A DNA stretch of 58,798 nucleotides, the filler included, from Sphacelaria rigidula (taxonomy: Eukaryota): assembly GCA_964200075.2 (NCBI GenBank). It is 10 parts of 10 records of this genome, joined end to end, with 100 filler letters (N's around TTAATTAATTAA, not from the genome) between each part and the next. Parts side by side here need not be neighbours in the genome. Positions count along the whole stretch, not along the records: positions 35,342 to 41,131 come from CAXNAA020024444.1; positions 41,232 to 47,020 come from CAXNAA020024445.1; positions 47,121 to 52,909 come from CAXNAA020024446.1; 7 more parts are not named here. The stretch is one strand, 5' to 3'. Below, piece by piece: positions 36,324 to 47,728 of this stretch (within the stretch, counting starts at the first letter, position 1; every line of letters starts with the position of its first letter). The position numbers and the translations under genes are program-made. Below the pieces are notes generated by a model. That model was not told the DNA's origin and ran no database searches. It saw only the letters and a program-made list of their open reading frames with translations.

Positions 36324-39300
36324 GCAGAGTGGGAAGGAGACGCAGCATGTGTCTGTCAAAACTGGTAGGCATGAGAGCGCGCCCGCCGACAGTACCACGG
36401 TAAGCATTTGTTTGGATGATGCTGGTATTGCTGTCGGAGAGGGCGAACATGCCACGCAGCTCGAGCAGACTGCAGGCAGCTCAGCTGCCGCGGTGGTGTT
36501 ATTCGCGTATGGCGAGCGAGCAGGGTGAGATTGGGGTTTGCCGTGCTCATGGTGAATCTATCTGCGCCAGTGACATGGCGGGAGATCGTTCAGATGATTC
36601 GGAGGGGTGACTACTTGAAGGACAGGTGGATGCCAGGTTGGCGGAATTTCCGCCGGAGCAGCGCGTAGCTGTGGACACCCCTGACATGATCGAAACAACA
36701 GGGGCGTGTGACCCGCGTGAAGCGGGTACGCAGAGCGAGCTGCGAGCTCGTGATACTGTTAGCGATCACTATTCTGACGGCGACGACGAGCGTCGCCTGG
36801 TGTTGGGGTGGTCGTGTGCACTTCGTTATGCATGGATAGGTTTGGCGTATTTGGCGGCGTTGACTGCGGTGTCTCTGCCGCTGTACAGTCAGGTGCTGGA
36901 GGAGGATGGCGTGATGCCATCTGGAGGTGTTGTTGCTGTATGCTAAATGAAGAGAAGCTCGTATAATCTTGTTCGCGCAGGAACGCAGTCGAGTCATATT
37001 CGTGCGGTTTGCACGTACTGACTGCGGGATATATTGATTGCTGCTGTTCGCGTGAAAATGAGAAAAATTACGAAATGCGTAGGCTCGTACTGACCGTAGG
37101 AGGCGGCGACACCTGCTGTTAGCGTGAAAATAAGCTGAAAGGTACGAAATGCGTGGGCTCGTCATATGTGAGCAGGTATGACGCGAGTGATTCCGGTGGT
37201 TGAAGATAAAAACATTATGCGCGCATATCAAAGATATTCGACCGTGGCATATTTTCGTCTGGACTGTCACGTGTTCGAACGAGCACGTGGTTGGTTTTTC
37301 GTTCATGTCAGAAGGAGCATGTGGATGATGCGTCAATTTGTTCGGAGAACTGCTGCAGGTGGACTGCGAAGAGTGTCGAGGAATCATTATTTCTACATTT
37401 TGGCTGATGCACGGATGGGATATGACGGTCCAAGATCCAAACAAGATATAGACATATCTGGGATTTGCTCAAAAACAAGAGTTTGAGAACGATATCACTA
37501 CGGGTGATAAATGATGGCGGAGGTCGAGGTCCGTTCGCCTTCGTTGGACCAGTATGCATGACTAGCGGTTTGAGGCATGGCTTTCCTTTGGTTGTCTTAA
37601 TTCAACAATGGCAAGTTGAAGCATTGAAGCTTTGACGGCGGGGAGGCATGCGATGCATACGTTGTTTACGGTGTTGCAGAAGCAAGATGCCAGGTGCGTT
37701 TTAGACGTGTTGGGTGCTTGATTTCTTTTAGTGTGAGGATGATATATCATTTGGCTGTTGCACTCCGTTGCGCAGGTGTTGAAGGTACAAAGAGTGCATT
37801 TTGTATGTTGAGAAGTACCTTGTCTACCCCTCGCTATTCCTTTTGTGACTGGATTCACCAGTTTTTGCGTACGGTTACCCCCATCTGAAAGTGCTTGGTG
37901 TTTTGTTTTTATCAGGGTTTGTTGAGTGACGATACGACGTGACGGTAAGCCTGGCTGGGGTTTTCCCTCAAGTTTGCGCCTGCGAACCAGATTGTCTTCG
38001 TCCGAACGGGCAAGTACCGTGGGAAGTGAACCGCGTTGGCCCTCTCTCTACCGTGTATTTGTCGTGGTCTGTGACGGTTTAAGAGACAACCAACTATTTC
38101 AATGATAAGCCTCTGATTTGCCATCATCCGTCCTGAAGTACTCACGTCATTTTAGGACATGACATTATTGGCACATCGTTTTGATTGTTTTATTTCTCTG
38201 ACTTTTCTGATACTTTCATTTCTATGATTCCCCTGAAATACTCGCGGAGTTTGAGGACATTGCATTTTGTATCTCTGTTCATTTTTTTTTTACTTTTTTT
38301 TCATGTGTTGGTTGGTTGGACCTTATCATTCCTCGTGCCGAAGAAAACTGGGGCTTCCGAATGAGTCTCATTTTTCTCTTGTGCCTTTTCTCGGATCCTC
38401 GGGACCGATTTCGTACGACTGACTGGTCAAGGTATACGTGTAGTGCCTTTGCATCTGTCTTGATTAAATACCGTGCACCCTCTTGTGCACAAATTCTTCA
38501 ACACTTGGGATTGTCGGTATACTTACTTTTTGTAAATCGGGAGAAGGTATGGATGAAGCACTCTCGCCTCTCGCCATAGTCTGCGAGTGCTTCAACCATG
38601 AGAGGCATATGTTATTTGATGGGGGTTCGTGATCTGCAGCGAATGCTTGATTACGTTTGAGTGCTTCTACCATGAGAGGCACATGCTAGATGATAAAGAT
38701 ATTTCAGTGCTGCCAGCTGTATCCTTTTAGAGACGCCACTGATGTGCGTGATGGTTGCATCTTGTTGTGACGTGGAAATATATTTGCGTGCAACGATACA
38801 ATGTACACGTATTCAGAGTTGAAGATAGAGTTTAGTGGGTTTGAATTGAGTTATGACTGTGAGTGAAGACGTGCCCGGGGCAGGTCGATGTAGAGGCCCT
38901 TTCGCATCACTCTCTCATCGCCCCAGGGCTCCAGCAGTAAAGAATAGGGCTAATTGACACTTCGACATGTAGAGTCCTGGCAACATTATTACCTTGATTC
39001 GATACATGATTGCAGTGGAGAAAATGCATAGTAGGCTTTTAAGTCTGGCTGATGGATAACGGGTCTGAGAGTATGATCAGTGGACTCCGTGATGTATGAT
39101 ATTTGCATACGAGGTGCAAGGTCACTTCTGGTTGACGAAAGACTGCTGTTTGTATGACTGCTTGAGTTTTGAAGTCTCTAGAGCCCGTGACAGAGAGGAA
39201 GCCTCTGGAGCAGCACTGTAACCTTGTAAACAACAGCTCTAGTGAGTGAGGAAGCCCTTGGAGCAATCTTGTTACCTTGTTCTGAGTCCAGGAGGGGTCT

Positions 39301-39492
39301 TTAACGAACGTTTATTCAGGCAACCCGCTGGTTTCTGGCAAAGGTGTTTTTGGCTGCGGACACCCTCTGCAAAAACATTTTTGTATTGTATACAGACAGG
39401 TGTGCAGTCTGTAACGCGCGGCAGCTCGTTGCAGCTCGTTGAACGGAGGGACGGCTGCGTTGGCTGGAAGCAGTGTGTGCAGCTAAGGAAGA

Positions 39493-40699
39493 ATGGCAGC
39501 GCGCAGGAAAGGTGGTGGGAGCGATGCAGGCGATGAGGTGACGTTTAAATTCACTGAGCTTATGCCAGGTGGATCGCTACAAGAACCGGAGTACGGACGG
39601 CATTTCAGCGAAGATGCCTTCAGACGGTTTTTTTTAATATATGGAGTACGAAGAGAGCGTACAACAAAGCAATAAGGGGAGGACAGTACAGGCCGCTTTA
39701 TTGACCGTGACAGAACTCGTGCCCAAGCACATTCGCGCGTGTTTATCACGTACAATATTTGACGGATCGGTACTCGATGATGAACATCTGAAGGAGGCAC
39801 TAGGCCGACTCGCAAAATGTTGGATTGATACAGAGATCGCTCCTTCAGTTGCTGTAGCGGGTGTGTGGAAGGCGTTGGCCGCTCGCAACGAGCCGACTGC
39901 CATGGGTAGAATCGAGGGACAGTGGGGTGCCCTCGAGGAGTTTTTTGCCGAAGATGCGAGCATCGAGCGCGCGTCTCGCGAGGACGAGACTTTCGAAGCA
40001 GGATCCGCTCAAATAACTACGCGGGAATTGTTCGCCGGCATGCTCCTCCCTGAATTCAAGGCAAAAGTGCTCAACATGCTTCACATGAAGGGGGGGTGGA
40101 AAGACGAACCTGCGCTCGTGTATGATACGGCTCGGAAAGCAGCAGAGGCATGGATGGTGGTAGAAGAAGCTGATAAACAGCGCCGTCACCAGCCACAGCT
40201 GAAACAGAAGGGCGGCAGCGGGACCTCTGGGTCCAAGCGCGAGCTAAATGGTGGGAAAATGGTCACCACTGGCAGTGAGACTGCTAGTTCCCGGAAATCT
40301 CGGAAACCGGGCCCAAGCTATGCAGATTGTTTCTTATGTGGAGACAAGGGCCGCTTCGTGAGAGGTTGTAAGCGGCACAGCCAAGCTGCTGCTCCACGAC
40401 ATACTGCAAGTGGGCAGTCGAAGGCCGGCGACACGCAGCAACAACAGCACCAGCTGTCGCAGGGCCCTGGACAGGTGCCTCGAGGAGGGGGCAAGAATCC
40501 TGCCGATACAGGGGCTGTATTTTCAATCGATGGAGGGCGTGCTCCCAGCAGTGAAGCGATGCTACCACCAGAACCGGTAATTTCTACTGGTGGCGTACAC
40601 CAGACCGTATCGGGGGATACAGGGAAAACAGTCCCGCGCTGGACATCTGAGGCGACGTCGTCGTGGAGATCTGTAGACCTAGCCACCATTGTTACCTAA
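39493..40699 (+). pseudogene. gag-like ORF 2 with a frameshift in a T8 run and a degenerate zinc knuckle
   Basis: ORFs 39493-39675 and 39641-40699 join at T8 (39628-39635). CFLCGDKGRFVRGC is a CCHC knuckle with H replaced by R. Confidence 0.75.
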
Positions 40700-43669
40700 G
40701 GTCAGGGACTTTGTAGGTGGAGTTGCGGGTCTGATTGCCGGGCTCTGTGATGGTGACCTCCATGACGAGTAGAGCCGGTTTTGCCACTCTGGTGGAGAGA
40801 GGCTATGGTCCTATTCTCCTGTACTATACTGAGGGTAAATATATGAATAACTAAAGCTGCTGAAGTCCATGTGCCCGTGATGAGAGGAGTCCTCACAGCG
40901 ATCTGATCTTGAGTGACAGAAGTCTACAATGAACGTTCATTAAGTCCGCTGACTAGCGGTAGGTCCGCTGAAAGCAGCTGACTCTTCGAGATAGGGGAGT
41001 CTGCAGGCCTGACCAGTTTGCAGCAAACAAGACCAGCTCAAGGCGTGTTAACGTCGCGAGGAGTTGGGGGAGTAGAGCCGAGGAGGTTCTGAGGCAGTGC
41101 TAGGGCAGGCTGTGGTATCGCTCGTGCGAGANNNNNNNNNNNNNNNNNNNNNNNNNNNNNNNNNNNNNNNNNNNNTTAATTAATTAANNNNNNNNNNNNN
41201 NNNNNNNNNNNNNNNNNNNNNNNNNNNNNNNGAAGATTTTAATCCTCCGGGTTCTCATCCTCAATGACAATCTCCATCCTCAACATAGATGATCCGCTGT
41301 TTTTAGTAGGGCGTTCTAGTGTGGGAAGGACCATCTTATTACGAGAACGCCCGAACCTCTCCCCTCCTAAAAAAAAGGAAGGCCCATTTGTTTCATTCAG
41401 CATACCTCTGCGGTCCTTCGTGCTAAGGTTCAAATCGCAATTCTAAATATTGAGCTGAAAAAGTGAGATAAGGCCGGAGAGCAGTGTTCATTTCCCCTAA
41501 AAACTGCCTTAAAAACCCAAAACTGCCCTAAAAACCCGAAATAAATAAAAAAATAAAAAAATGAAAGAGCTGTTTTTTCAGCTTCATTATGCACTAGCGG
41601 CTGTCCATATGAAATTTCATAGCACAACTCTCGAAAACTGAGACGCGATATTCAGATTTAGAGCAGAGCATCCTCTAGTGCCTGTGCTCATAATATATCG
41701 ATTTTAGTATGGAGACTTATGTGCGCCATATCTCGAGATAGATGACGAATTAGGTGAACGTGAGGATATCTATCGTCTCCCAGTGCTCCAGGGAATGTCC
41801 AGGCTGAAAACCGTTGCCATCCGCTGATTGCATCGATAGGGGTTTCATGTGAATTTTAGTCGATGACATAGTGCTTTGAGAGCCTAATTCCGTTTCTGGG
41901 CTGGCCCAGCTCGTACGCACACAGCGGAAAATACTCCACTTAAAACTACGACCCGTGCAGTTACGCAATGCGAGCAACGATGACGGTTCTCATGTACCTT
42001 GGCTGTCGATCTCATCGAGCGTGGCCGCGGAAGCCGCCGAACCTCTTGTATATATATATATTCAGTAACTGCAATACTGCAATTCCAAAACAAACAAAGC
42101 AAAGCTCTACCGATCATCACGTACCTGATCCAGCCCGAAAGTCCTTCGCCCCAACTGCTGTTGCTGTTGCTGCGCCCGCTGTGTCCCCAAGATATGTCCC
42201 CCTTCCCCAGCATGAAGCCCGTAGCCTTCCATGCTGAATCGCGGGATATTTTGCCCCGATCAAACGGGTTTGTGATACCAAGCATACCCACCCCGCGGCC
42301 GACGCTCTGCGGAGACCGCTTCCTTCCGTACATGGGGTACGTGGAAATGCGTTCCCATGCCTCCTCGTTGTCATCCAAGTCAATTTGGGTGCCACTTCCG
42401 CCGCTGTCGTAGGTACTGTCCGCATCGACTGCGTAGGTCTTGTCAGCGTAGCTGCTGCTGTTGCTACTGCTGTTGCTGCTGTCGTCTTCCCGTACGACCT
42501 ACTCGTACACGCGTGGCCTAGCAAGGGTCAGTAAAAGAATCGCCAAACCTCACGCGTGTATTACTCTCCCCTGGTGGCCGTAATACCCGCTACTGCTGTT
42601 GCGGTAGCTGCTGTCCTCACCGTCGGATTTCCAGTCCAAAACCGGCGATGGCCCCCTTCAACTAACTCCTCCACCGCAAACTCCGGCTCGAACACCGGAA
42701 GTGATCTCCCTGAAGCCAACTCCTCCAGCGCCAGCGAGCTGCCGCTGTTCCCTGCCTCTTGGTCCAGCACAACTGGTTGTCGTTCCATAGGCATGGCGGC
42801 CGCCGGTCGCTTCGCTGCGTACACTGCCTTGGCTGCTGAACGTGAGACGAGTTCAACGCGTGCACGCGTCGCTGCGTACACTGCGGAAGCTGTTGCTACC
42901 GCTGCTGCTTGTTCCGCTCGCTCTAAGCAGGACAATCTTTCCACCCGCGCGGCTTATTCCGCTCGGTATGCAGCTGCGATGGCCGCTGCCTGAAACGCGA
43001 CTTGATGTATGGTCTCTGCTGCGTCGAAATCCGACTCTACGCCGCGAAAACAAAAACAAATTCAAGCGGGGACAAACATTGCTGGAGATTTCTGCACGAG
43101 AGGCTACATGACATCTGTTGCCAGGGGCTCAACCAGTCGACTTCCCACTTGCCCTCCAAGTCCATGGAAGAGCGCTCACCCCTGATTAGTGTCGGCCGGC
43201 GTATCACTTGGCGTTGATGAGCAGACTCCTCGTGCAGTGCTGCCCTATCATACCTCAGAGAAACCACATGCAAATAGCCAGTGCCCTCATCACACAAAGT
43301 GTGTACTTGCGAACCGGCGGGCGAACATCGTTGCTGCCGTTGTCGCACAAACTCGGCAGTCGACGTACTATCCCAGCGGCATACCTGAACCGAAACTCCG
43401 AAGCTGTTCTTGCCCGTTGCTCAAAGGGCTGCTGTGCTTGTCGTCATCGGTACAATTCCAGCGACGCTGCTGATGCGGATTCCGTAGTTGTTGACTTGTT
43501 GGCGATGTTGTTCTAGCTGCGCTCTCGTCAAGTATGCTGTAGCTATGCAGCTGTTGATGATGGTGTTGTTGCTGTCTAGTGCTGGGCATGCAAGCGGCTC
43601 AATTCACCAACTGGTCGTACAACAAAAAATCTCCCTCTTACCCCCCGCGATATGCGTACCCATGTACAC

Positions 43670-44095
43670 CGAGGATGTCGGTTGACAGGGTTTGAGCCCC
43701 TTGACAGACTGTCAAGCACCAATTGCCTGTCTTGACAGCCTTGACAGGGTAACGCCTGACCATATAGCTGAAACCCGACACGCCAATATTTTTCGGCCAT
43801 GTTCTCCGAGCAAATGCGGTACATTTTATACTTTGACCAGTATCAATGTCATTTTGGGGGCACTATGTTCGTATGCTAGTTCAAGCAAAAAAGACGAATT
43901 ATGCTAGAAATTATGCCGGCACAAAGGACTCAGGCCTAGTTGTATGAAAGGAAAAAAAAAGGGTTTCTTACAGAGATGGGTAGACGTTACTTACCCCGGG
44001 GACAAGGGATGTTTTGTTTTGACGACTCCAAAGGCCTCGACAGACAGGCTTGACAGCTTGACAGCTTGACAACTTGACGTTAACCGACAACCTTG
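43670..44095. mobile_element. 426-bp hAT-like MITE
   Basis: TIRs CGAGGATGTCGGTTGAC / GTTAACCGACAACCTTG, a perfect 8-bp TSD ATGTACAC, and subterminal CTTGACAG repeats. Confidence 0.88.
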
Positions 44096-44104
44096 ATGTA
44101 CACT

Positions 44105-44135
<31 letters not shown>
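44105..44135. repeat. (CA)n microsatellite
   Basis: Directly visible in the sequence. Confidence 0.9.
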
Positions 44136-44137
<2 letters not shown>

Positions 44138-44376
44138 CACACTTCTCTATTCCTCTTTTTCTGCCACCTCCGGGCTACCTTTCTCTCACCCTCTGTTCCC
44201 CTCTCCTACTTCTGCCACTTCCCGGCTCATATCCATACGCACTCCCCGGCTGTAACTTGTCTCCTGGAGCTCTGCAGAGCTTGCCAACAATTTATCAATT
44301 ATGTTGTAGAACGAGGTGCGTGAACTATAAGTTAACACGCCAGACAACATTGATGCGCCGGGGTACAGTATCATTT

Positions 44377-44635
44377 GACACTTTCTACGATAGCCCCCCC
44401 TCCCCGAAAAAACAGCCCAAAAGTGCCACAAAAAAGTTCACATACAGCGCCTGATATTTGGGTTTAGGTAGCATGAAGCGCCTGAGATGGGCGACATTGG
44501 CGAGAACGAACCCAAGCGTGCGAGTTCCCGGCTACTCGTTGTGCTCGGCTTTTCCATTTCAATATACTTACGTGAATATGTTGCCTCCCAAAACGAGGCT
44601 CTTTTTTTAGGGGGGGGGCTATCGTAGAAAGTGTC
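44377..44635. mobile_element. Second copy of the GACACTTTCTACGATAG MITE, opposite orientation to 30674-30922
   Basis: Same TIRs. The interior is a reverse-complement homolog. Flanks are ATTT/ATAT. Confidence 0.9.
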
Positions 44636-45053
44636 ATATGTATAAGGTTGACTGAATTCCTTGTATTAACACATGAAAAGAGCTCCAGGCAGGAGGATCA
44701 CTGATGACGAGTTATCCAGGGGACAGACACGAGTATTACTGTGCTCCCCGGTTGCTATAGTCATCTTCCATACATTTCCCTGGTTACTACCCATAGATCA
44801 TGATAACGTACCGACTATCCCAAACAACATCAATGTGCGTACGTCACGTACTCAAGATCGGGGGACCTTAGCTTTGCCCTATCTTGCGGGGGGATATCGT
44901 TCTGGAATCGTGACACCCCGATTTTCCCCCATGAAATGCGTTCCCCGATCGATTTTCCCTTCCTTGATCTGCGCAAAAATCGAGATTGTGACTTCTCAGG
45001 GAGGAAGCTTTTTTCTCGAAAACATCTAAAAGTCTGAAAATAAATCCTCTTGA

Positions 45054-45931
45054 CCCTCAGACCGCGATAGTAGTCCATCTGGGCCATGCATTTCATTTTC
45101 ACGTGAAATTGATGCCGGTTCAACAGATGACCTCTCGCCGTCTGAGGGTTAAAAACATTGTGCATGATCCAGATGGACTCTCCGCGCGGTCTGAGGTAAT
45201 CTGTTGAACCGGTATCATTTTAAAATGAAAAACGTGTGCATTATCTAGATGGACCGCCCTCGCGGTCTAAGGGTGATGCCGATTGAACAGATTACCTACA
45301 AATAACTGTCGGAGTGTTTGTATTTACGCCGCAGGACGTAGCACTCTGTGTCTACGGATCCGTAAAACACCCTCGTGCCCAAGCGTTCACCGGTTGCCTT
45401 CGTCGGGTTACGGTCGCGGTTCGTGGTGACGTGCGTTTGGGTCAGTCTACAAAAGACCCACATATTGTGAAGAGAGGGGATAACGAGATTGAGCCTTTGA
45501 TTACCGGAGGTGTACACTTGTTGAAGGGCTTGATTTCATTCGTGGGATTTACATCATTTTCACTCGAAAAATGTATTAGAATGAGGCCGATCCTACAAAT
45601 GAACACCTTCGACCGTTCAAGGGTCGGGATTGGCGCCGCAGGGCGAAGCACCCTGTGACTACGAGAGCCATAGAATCCTCTCGGTGCCAGAGTGTTGACG
45701 GTCTTCCTTCATCGACGGGTCACGTTTGGGGTTAGGGTTGGAGTGTTGTTGGGTCAGTCTACCAAAGATTTTGATATTACGCAAAGAGGAACTGACGACG
45801 AAATTAAACCCTTTGACCGCCTCTTGTTAGCCCTTTGACCGCGAGGGTAGATCACCTGCTGAATCGGCATCGATTTCCCTTGAGAAAATGATACATGATC
45901 CACACAAGTTGCCCTCATCGCGGTCTAAGGG
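45054..45931. mobile_element. Cluster of ~100-bp piggyBac-like MITEs (complete at 45054-45148 and 45831-45931, fragments at ~45160-45295)
   Basis: TTGA|CCCTCAGACCGCGA...TCGCCGTCTGAGGG|TTAA and TTAG|CCCTTTGACCGCGA...TCGCGGTCTAAGGG|TTGA. Confidence 0.7.
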
Positions 45932-46569
45932 TTGAATAGGAATCATTTTCAGATCTCAGCGATGGTCACTGGCACGAAAGGGGGGTCAAGCGGCTGAGAA
46001 CGTCACTGGTACCGGGAAGACAGGTTCCGTTGCATTGACTGGTGAAGAGTAAGTCAATGGCGCCGGGGAAATAGCGTGCGGTAGATTTTCACGAGGGAAA
46101 AGTCTAACTGCTCGGCACGTCACTGATGCCGGAGGTTCCGCGAGTTATATTCCCAGGAGGAAGAAGGGAAAAGTGCTACGGAAACCGGTTGCGTTGATTC
46201 TGAGTTGGGAAACGTGTGATTCTGGTGGCAAGGGAAGTTACTGGTTCAAGAGTAAATTCTGCGGAGAAAAGAGAAGATTCCGCGAAGGGAAACGGGAAAG
46301 AGTGGATAAAGCGCAGATTCTTAGCAAACGACGGGAGAGCAGACGTGGAAGAATGAACTTCTGGCCCCTGGTGCATCGGAGTACCGAGAAGCACTGAGCT
46401 GTTAGGTATCGTCATTGTCACACATGCGTGCAGGGATCGCATCTGCGGATAAACATAATAACGTATGAGAGTAAGAAGTATATATATAAACAAATAAATA
46501 TATGGATTTAACATCTGTTTTGACGGCAATGCCCATCAATAGATGTTCTCTGTAACAGTCCATTTTTCG

Positions 46570-46770
46570 CGGCAACGGCTATCGATATATACCCTTGAAT
46601 CCATTGGTTTTCGGCAAAGTATATCGATGAGTTGTTCACCAAATCCATGAATGACGGGAATGGCTGTCGATAGGTGGCTCACCAAATCCAGGGATGACGG
46701 TGCTTGTCGATAGATGGCTCATCATATATATCGAGTACGGCAATGGCTGTCGATACATCACATATTCCAG
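46570..46770. repeat. Diverged ~42-bp tandem repeat
   Basis: GTCGATAGGTGGCTCACCAAATCCA...GACGG-like units, 4-5 copies. Confidence 0.65.
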
Positions 46771-47120
46771 AACCTATTGCGGTACTTGATTTCCGTCGAT
46801 GGCCCATGATCTTTGTCTATTGTAATTGCAACAGACAAGATCCCGGCTCTTGCAACATCCATTGTTGCTTCCGACAATTATCCAAATCTGTTTTACAATA
46901 TATTGCGTTCAACAATATATCGATATGTGTCCCCTCGCGTCTATTATTGACGCCATAAACAGGGTTGCCAGAAAAATGAGAACGTATTTTGAAATGAGAA
47001 TCAACCGCTCCCCGGGATTGNNNNNNNNNNNNNNNNNNNNNNNNNNNNNNNNNNNNNNNNNNNNTTAATTAATTAANNNNNNNNNNNNNNNNNNNNNNNN
47101 NNNNNNNNNNNNNNNNNNNN

Positions 47121-47590
47121 TTATAGTAGGTTAAAGAAAACGGAGGGTTAGCTTCTCTATTTCATGTCTATGTCCAGGCTGTGTTATAGTAGGTTGAATC
47201 AAAAGGAGGGTTAGCTTCTCTGTTCCATGTCTATGTCCGGTCTGTGTTAGAGTAGGTTAAATAAAAGGGTTAGCTTCTCTATTTCATGTCTATGTCCGGG
47301 CTGTGTTATAGTAGGTTAAATAAAAAGGAGGGTTAGCTTCTCAATTCCATGTCTATATCCGGGCTGTGCTATAGTAGGTAAAATAGAAGAAAAGGAGGAG
47401 GGTTAGCTTCTCTATTCCATGTCTATGTCCGGGCTATGTTGGAGTAGGTTAAATAAAAAAAGGAGGGTTAGCTTCTCTATTTCATGTCTATGTCCGGGCT
47501 GTGTTGTAGCAGGTTAAAGAAAAAAGGAGGGTTAGCTTCTCTATTTCATGTCCATGTCCGGGCTGTGCTATGGTGGGATAAATAAAATGT
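47121..47590. repeat. ~60-70-bp minisatellite, about 8 copies
   Basis: Unit TTATAGTAGGTTAAA(W)AAAAGGAGGGTTAGCTTCTCTATTYCATGTCTATGTCCGGGCTGTG, running off the contig start. Confidence 0.95.
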
Positions 47591-47728
47591 GTTCCCGGGG
47601 GGGAACCATTGGATTATATAATTTTCATCCTGTCTTGTATGTCGGTCCGGAACGTTTCCTAGTGGCGGTCCCCGGTATATGTACATTGGCAGTCTGTACA
47701 TTTGTCTAGGTTTTGGTGNNNNNNNNNN

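Larger units (their letters stand above)
35342..41131 (+). mobile_element. Non-autonomous LTR retroelement with two gag-like ORFs and no recognisable pol
   Basis: Terminal direct repeat 35342-35468 / 41005-41131 (2 mismatches in 127 bp). A polypurine tract GAGATAGGGGAG (40988-40999) sits just before the 3' repeat. Possible LTR end GTGACA near 35632. Confidence 0.8.

Noticed and set aside
39622..39645. T TTT TTA slippery heptamer at the junction of the two gag 2 ORFs, suggesting a programmed -1 frameshift
   Set aside because: The downstream ORF is in the +1 frame, not -1. A homopolymer indel is the simpler explanation.
41880..43120. Ala-rich minus-strand ORF fragments that might be a decayed gag
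   Set aside because: No zinc knuckle, clear PBS or pol is visible.
47121..47590. CRISPR-like look of the 60-70-bp array
   Set aside because: The whole unit is repeated with no unique spacers, so it is a minisatellite.
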